Assembly: GCA_963693365.1 (NCBI GenBank)
Contig: CAVNZM010000018.1
Location: 2,394,728-2,458,727, forward strand
DNA: 64,000 bases
Source of the DNA: Amoebidium appalachense
Lineage: Eukaryota; Protista; Ichthyosporea
Direction: 5' to 3'
In this document: in pieces, positions 44,815 to 64,000 of the stretch
Position numbering within the stretch: the stretch's first letter is position 1
Layout: each line of letters opens with the position of its first letter
Made by a program: the position numbers and the translations under genes
Notes under the pieces: generated by a model
Database searches by the model: none
Seen by the model: the letters and a program-made list of their open reading frames with translations, nothing else
Told to the model about the DNA's origin: nothing

Positions 44815-44953
44815 GTGTGTGTGTGTGTGCGCACGCTTGCGAATGAGGACACAGGTTGGGTTTTGCGTGTAGATGGTGTTTGAGTGAATGTGCGGAAATG
44901 TGTTTGTTTCTGTGTACACTTTCCTTTTGTATCACTGGAACTACATTTACCCA

Positions 44954-44987
<34 letters not shown>

Positions 44988-45033
44988 ACCACCACCACCA
45001 AAAAAAAAAAAAAAAAAAAAAAAGAAGAAGAAG

Positions 45034-45082
<49 letters not shown>

Positions 45083-45257
45083 AATATAAAGAAAGACGAA
45101 AAAGCAAAGAGATAAAACCATGGATTCATACGAACGGGAAACAAACCAGCAAACATCGTTAAACCACACCCAAGCCCAACCCCAACAACCGGAACAACCG
45201 TTCCACATTCCATCCAGACACACCCGCAATCAGACTCTTGTGATCCGCGCATAAGAT

Positions 45258-45399
45258 CTATCCGAATTTTCGTGCCGCTACTAATATTCCACAGGCAACC
45301 TTGCCGCCTTTTGGTTCTGCAAGGGAAGGAAAAAATAAGCATGTAGACATTGGTAGGTGTAAGGGGGGGAGGGGGTACCATTCTGTATGGGGGGATATA

Positions 45400-45431
<32 letters not shown>

Positions 45432-45432
45432 G

Positions 45433-45465
<33 letters not shown>

Positions 45466-45601
45466 TGGTGTGTGTGTGTGTGCGTGCGTGTGTGCGCGCC
45501 TGTGTGTGTACATGTATGCATGTATATTGCGCATATGCACCTGGGGTGTTGCCCTCCTAGCCTAAGGGAGCCCCAAAATGCCTTGCTGTTACATATTACC
45601 G

Positions 45602-45644
<43 letters not shown>

Positions 45645-45874
45645 CCTTCTGATGTAAGCAGAGACCTTTCCATTCAAACATCCCCCCATACTCGTGCACG
45701 GTTTACACCATTGTTCCACACCTTCTACCCCCCCCCCCCCTCCCCCCCCCCCCCCCTCCCCCTCTTGCTCCTGAAAGAAAAGGATATCCCACACCCGGTG
45801 TAGAATTTTTGCAACAATGCTGCGGCTGAGATGGGAGTGGGGAGGAAGGGGGAAGGGAGGGGGAGGGTGGGGAG

Positions 45875-45929
<55 letters not shown>

Positions 45930-48713
45930 GGGGGAGGGGGGGACAGAGAGAGGGGGAGGGGGAAAGAGAGAGAGAATGAGCGCAAGCAAGAGAGAGGGAG
46001 ACAAAGAAAGAGCAAGATAGAGAGAGAGAGACAAAGAGAGAGGTATATAGAGAAAGAGAAAGAGAAAACAAGAAAAGAACTAGTGAAAGCGAGAGACAGA
46101 TGGAGGGGGTGGGTGGGTTGGTGGTGGTGGTGGTGGTGGGGGGGGGGGGGGGGGGGGGGGGGGAGAGGGGGAGGTGTTTGGCACCTTTCTCACGGTCTCC
46201 AACACCACCCTTTCTGATTGGTGCGCAAGTGGTGCTCCAATCACACTGCTTGAACGGTAGTGTCTCAATGACGGGCATGTGGCAAGCGCACTCACATCCA
46301 AACACACCGCCCCTTCAATATGCACACTTTCCAAATTTGGATGGCCCCTTAACCCGTCGATTTTCGTCAGTTTTGGCGCGCGGACAGCGTGAATGGATTT
46401 AAGGTGGGGGCACGAACCGAGTGGTGATAGCGACACTATTCTTGGCATTTCATACAGGAGTACGTCTTGAAGTTGTTGGCACGAGGATAACGGTTGAAGG
46501 CTCACCATATTTGGAAGTGACCATAAAGTGACCTTAACCAACGGCAGGCCGGATAGAGTGTCGAGCGACGTGATCGATAGATTGCGGAGCGCGATTTGGG
46601 TGATGTTTTCACACCCTGAAAGCGGGGAAAGGTCACTCACAGGACAATTTTCAATATCAATGTGCTCGAGTTGCGATCCCGCTATCGGGGAAATGTTGGA
46701 AATTTGGGTCTTGATAATCCGTAATTTCCGGAATTTTTCGCACGTCGCGAGGGGCGTGATGGATTTGATTGGGGAATTTTCGATCTCGAGCGATTCGATT
46801 GGGCTGTCGGTCAGTGTAGATATGTCCGTCAAACACGGGCAACCCTTAATCGACACCGATTTAAGGCAACTCTTGCCCGTGGACTCACCGAGCGATTTGA
46901 TTGGCACGTTTGTGAGGTGCAGTTTCTTTAAATGGGGATGGTTGGCGAGGGAGAAAACACCATCCGGTAGATCGATGTCATATAGTATGAGGGTGGTAAG
47001 TTTGCCGAGGGGGGCAAAATCCGGTTCGCCCCACTCTATCCTAGCCAAATCTAGAAACTTGAGCGTGTTTCCTGATTGGGCGATGAACGAATACTCCGAA
47101 TCCTGGTTGCCCAAAGGGGACTCCTCGCCGTTTCCATTTATGGTAATCGATTCCAAATTTCCGAATTCTGGTTCCGTTTTTTCTTCCTCATCCTCCTCTC
47201 CGTCCGAATAATCGTCCCCTTCCTGATCCGTAGTCCCGTATTCCAACCTCCCGACCGAAAGCACCCGCAGCGACCTAATCGAAGGTAGATTAACGCACGC
47301 ATCGCCGATTTTCAAAACTTCAAGCCGCTTGCACGCGCTCAGCGCGCTCGCGTCCATCACGTAATCTTCCGTTCCGCGATTCGTAATTTCCAAATATCGG
47401 AGTTTTGGGCAGTGCCTCACGTATTTCACCGTGCCGATTTCGTTTTCAATGTCATGTTCATCCGGTCCCTGGCTGGCCCTAACAACGATTTTTTCTAACC
47501 CTGGCGCACGTGCGGCGATAGCTTCCAGCGGGCCGTAAACGATCGATTCAAAAGTGATTTCTCGAAGGTTCGGGTGGGTGATCGTGATGTTTCGGGGTAG
47601 CTGAGCGCATGAAATTGTGAGCGAGGTTAGGTTTTTGCACATCGAAAGTACCGTTTGCGTAAGTTCGGGCGGTGCGAGTTCTTCCTCTTCCTGGCCGTCA
47701 TAAACCATGGAAATCTCCGCTTCGGTAATTTTGGTTCCAATTTCCGTTAAGTATGCGAGAAGTGCTCTCAGTGCAATGTCGTGTTGGCGCCTGTCGCCCA
47801 TAAGGTGTACTTCGGGCCAAAAAACGGAAATTTTGGTCAGGCGTGGTAAATTCGTAATTGCGTTGAAGACCGCGATCGAGTTTGCCCCCGTCATATGGGG
47901 TAGTATCATGCTTATACCGGTGATGGCATCTTTCCACGCACCCAAAAACACCGAAAAATCAGGAACGGAAATCCCGTTTGGGTTCAGGTCCACGGGGATG
48001 GTCATCCCTCCGGAGATGTGACTGCGTGCGATTTGACAAAGTCGACGGCATGTTTGGGTGACGGAGAATAGGTCTTTCTTCCGTAGTTTTGTGATGATGG
48101 TGGAGAGGATTTCGGGAGGAATGGTCGATATGGGACATTCTGCAAAGCGAAAGAAGAAGTGTAAGAATCACTCCCCCCCCCCCCTCCTCCCCCCCCCCCC
48201 CATACACCCTCCACGCCCCTTTCTGCCTGTCCACTAAGGGAGAGCAATGCCCCCCCCCCCCCCCCGTTTTAGCAGGTAATTGGGCGGATGGGTGGGTGGT
48301 GGGGAGGCTGGGTTGCATACACAATGGTAATAAGTCAAGTAGTATGACGATAAACAACCCTAGACCCTAAACAAACAAACAAACAAACAAACAAACAAAG
48401 GGGAAAAAAAAAAACCATGGCCAACTGTAGTGTTGGTTAAGTCGAAGTACATGCCTGACACCTACACGTGACCAGCCCCAGCCCCCCCCCCCCCCAACTT
48501 TTTTGGCCACAAACAAAAGAACAAGAAACAAACAAGACAGAAGAAAACGAAGGCGTGAATGCGTGAGTGAGTGAGTGAGTGAGTGAGTGAGTGAGTGGGT
48601 GGGTGAGTGAGTGAGTGAATGCGCGCGCGCGCGCGTGTGTGTTTTCAGGAAGGGAGTAAAGTCAGACAAGGTGCACGTGCGAATGGCACGGCAGTGTAAA
48701 GTGTTTTCAGAAG

Positions 48714-48745
<32 letters not shown>

Positions 48746-48954
48746 CCGCCTGTTCGTCCTTTTAATCTCCCCCCCCCCTCCCCCCCCCCCCCCCCCCCCT
48801 CGTTCCCGCTCTTTTCCAACGTCCTAAAACCTCACTGTCTTCTTAGCCTCTTAAGTTGTTGTGTTGTTGTTGTTGTTCGCTCCCATGCACTCATGCACTC
48901 ACCTCTGCTCGGATCTTCTGGCTGTATAGCTACGGTAGCTGCCACCTCACTCAT
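45258..48954 (-). CDS. F-box / leucine-rich-repeat protein
   Basis: Exon 48954-48903 ([17 protein letters not shown]) joins in phase to 48139-46185, which begins with an F-box ([35 protein letters not shown]) followed by ~22-aa LRRs (e.g. [20 protein letters not shown]). Tentative last exons are 45825-45795 and 45316-45258. Confidence 0.85.
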
Positions 48955-49524
48955 CCTTATGTCGTTCTCTCTGTATCGCTACTTCTCCGTGTGTGCAAAG
49001 TAAAGGAAAGATGATAACGAAACATGAGTGAGGTCCGCCGGCCCAACTTTACCACCTGGACCCCAACTATACACCCACACGGGCACCTTCCCTATTCCGA
49101 AATCTCGGGGTTTCTTGTAACCTTGTTATTATTAATAGAAAAGGTTACAGCGCCGGTTTTCAACTGCATTGTTTTCTCGTACTGAACAATGAGGGTTCAC
49201 AACGAGCAAAACACAAGCTTGTTTCTCCGTTCTGTTTGTTTTGTTTTCAGTGCTGTGGTGAGCGTGTGTTGTTTCGTCCGTGGACAAGATGCTTGATCAT
49301 TGTACCCAATCATAAATCTTATTATAAGGCCATATATGGTAACTTGACCTTCCCACTGCCGCGATCAAGATTATCGTTGTATCCAGTCTTGCAGGCTGAG
49401 AGGAGTCGCGTAAACGGTTGTTTTGGTTACAACACACCGCGCTTTCACCCTAAGAAAACACACACAGAATTAACAGAAAAGCAGAACTAAAGGGGTTTAA
49501 CCCCAAACAGAAAACACAGCAAAT
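48955..49524. promoter_or_regulatory. short divergent intergenic region, likely bidirectional promoter
   Basis: 570 bp of microsatellite-free DNA between head-to-head starts (48954 - and 49525 +), with CCAAT at ~49306. Confidence 0.45.

Positions 49525-64000
<14,476 letters not shown>

Overview
Eukaryotic, intron-rich genomic DNA using the standard code and GT-AG introns; probably an opisthokont/holozoan, judging from its MEF2 motifs (inference). Introns are saturated with poly-G/poly-C runs and (GT)/(CA)/(GA) microsatellites, so most ORFs in the supplied track are repeat artefacts. Gene models below were assembled by eye from splice sites and phase. They are: MEF2 (-), a secreted CAP+TSP1+Cys-rich protein (-), a repeat-rich coiled-coil protein with a C-terminal hydrophobic segment (+), a long tail-anchored coiled-coil protein (+), an AmtB-type ammonium transporter (-), an F-box/LRR protein (-) and the 5' part of nucleoporin TPR/Mlp1 (+). 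The most notable signal is a dispersed family of about 15 non-coding elements, mostly intronic. Its two most complete copies (31435-31595 and 63042-63202, both 161 nt) differ strongly in sequence yet keep the same multi-helix fold with a possible pseudoknot, through compensatory changes and G-U pairs on one strand. Copies are variably 5'-truncated, carry one of three tails and end in C runs. This looks like a mobile structured RNA (SINE-, retrozyme- or ribozyme-like) that I do not recognise. Other observations: complementary intron ends (GT/G-rich 5', C/CA-rich 3'), six MADS-type sites upstream of MEF2, a duplicated MADS exon with mostly silent changes, and a TTAA-flanked MITE.
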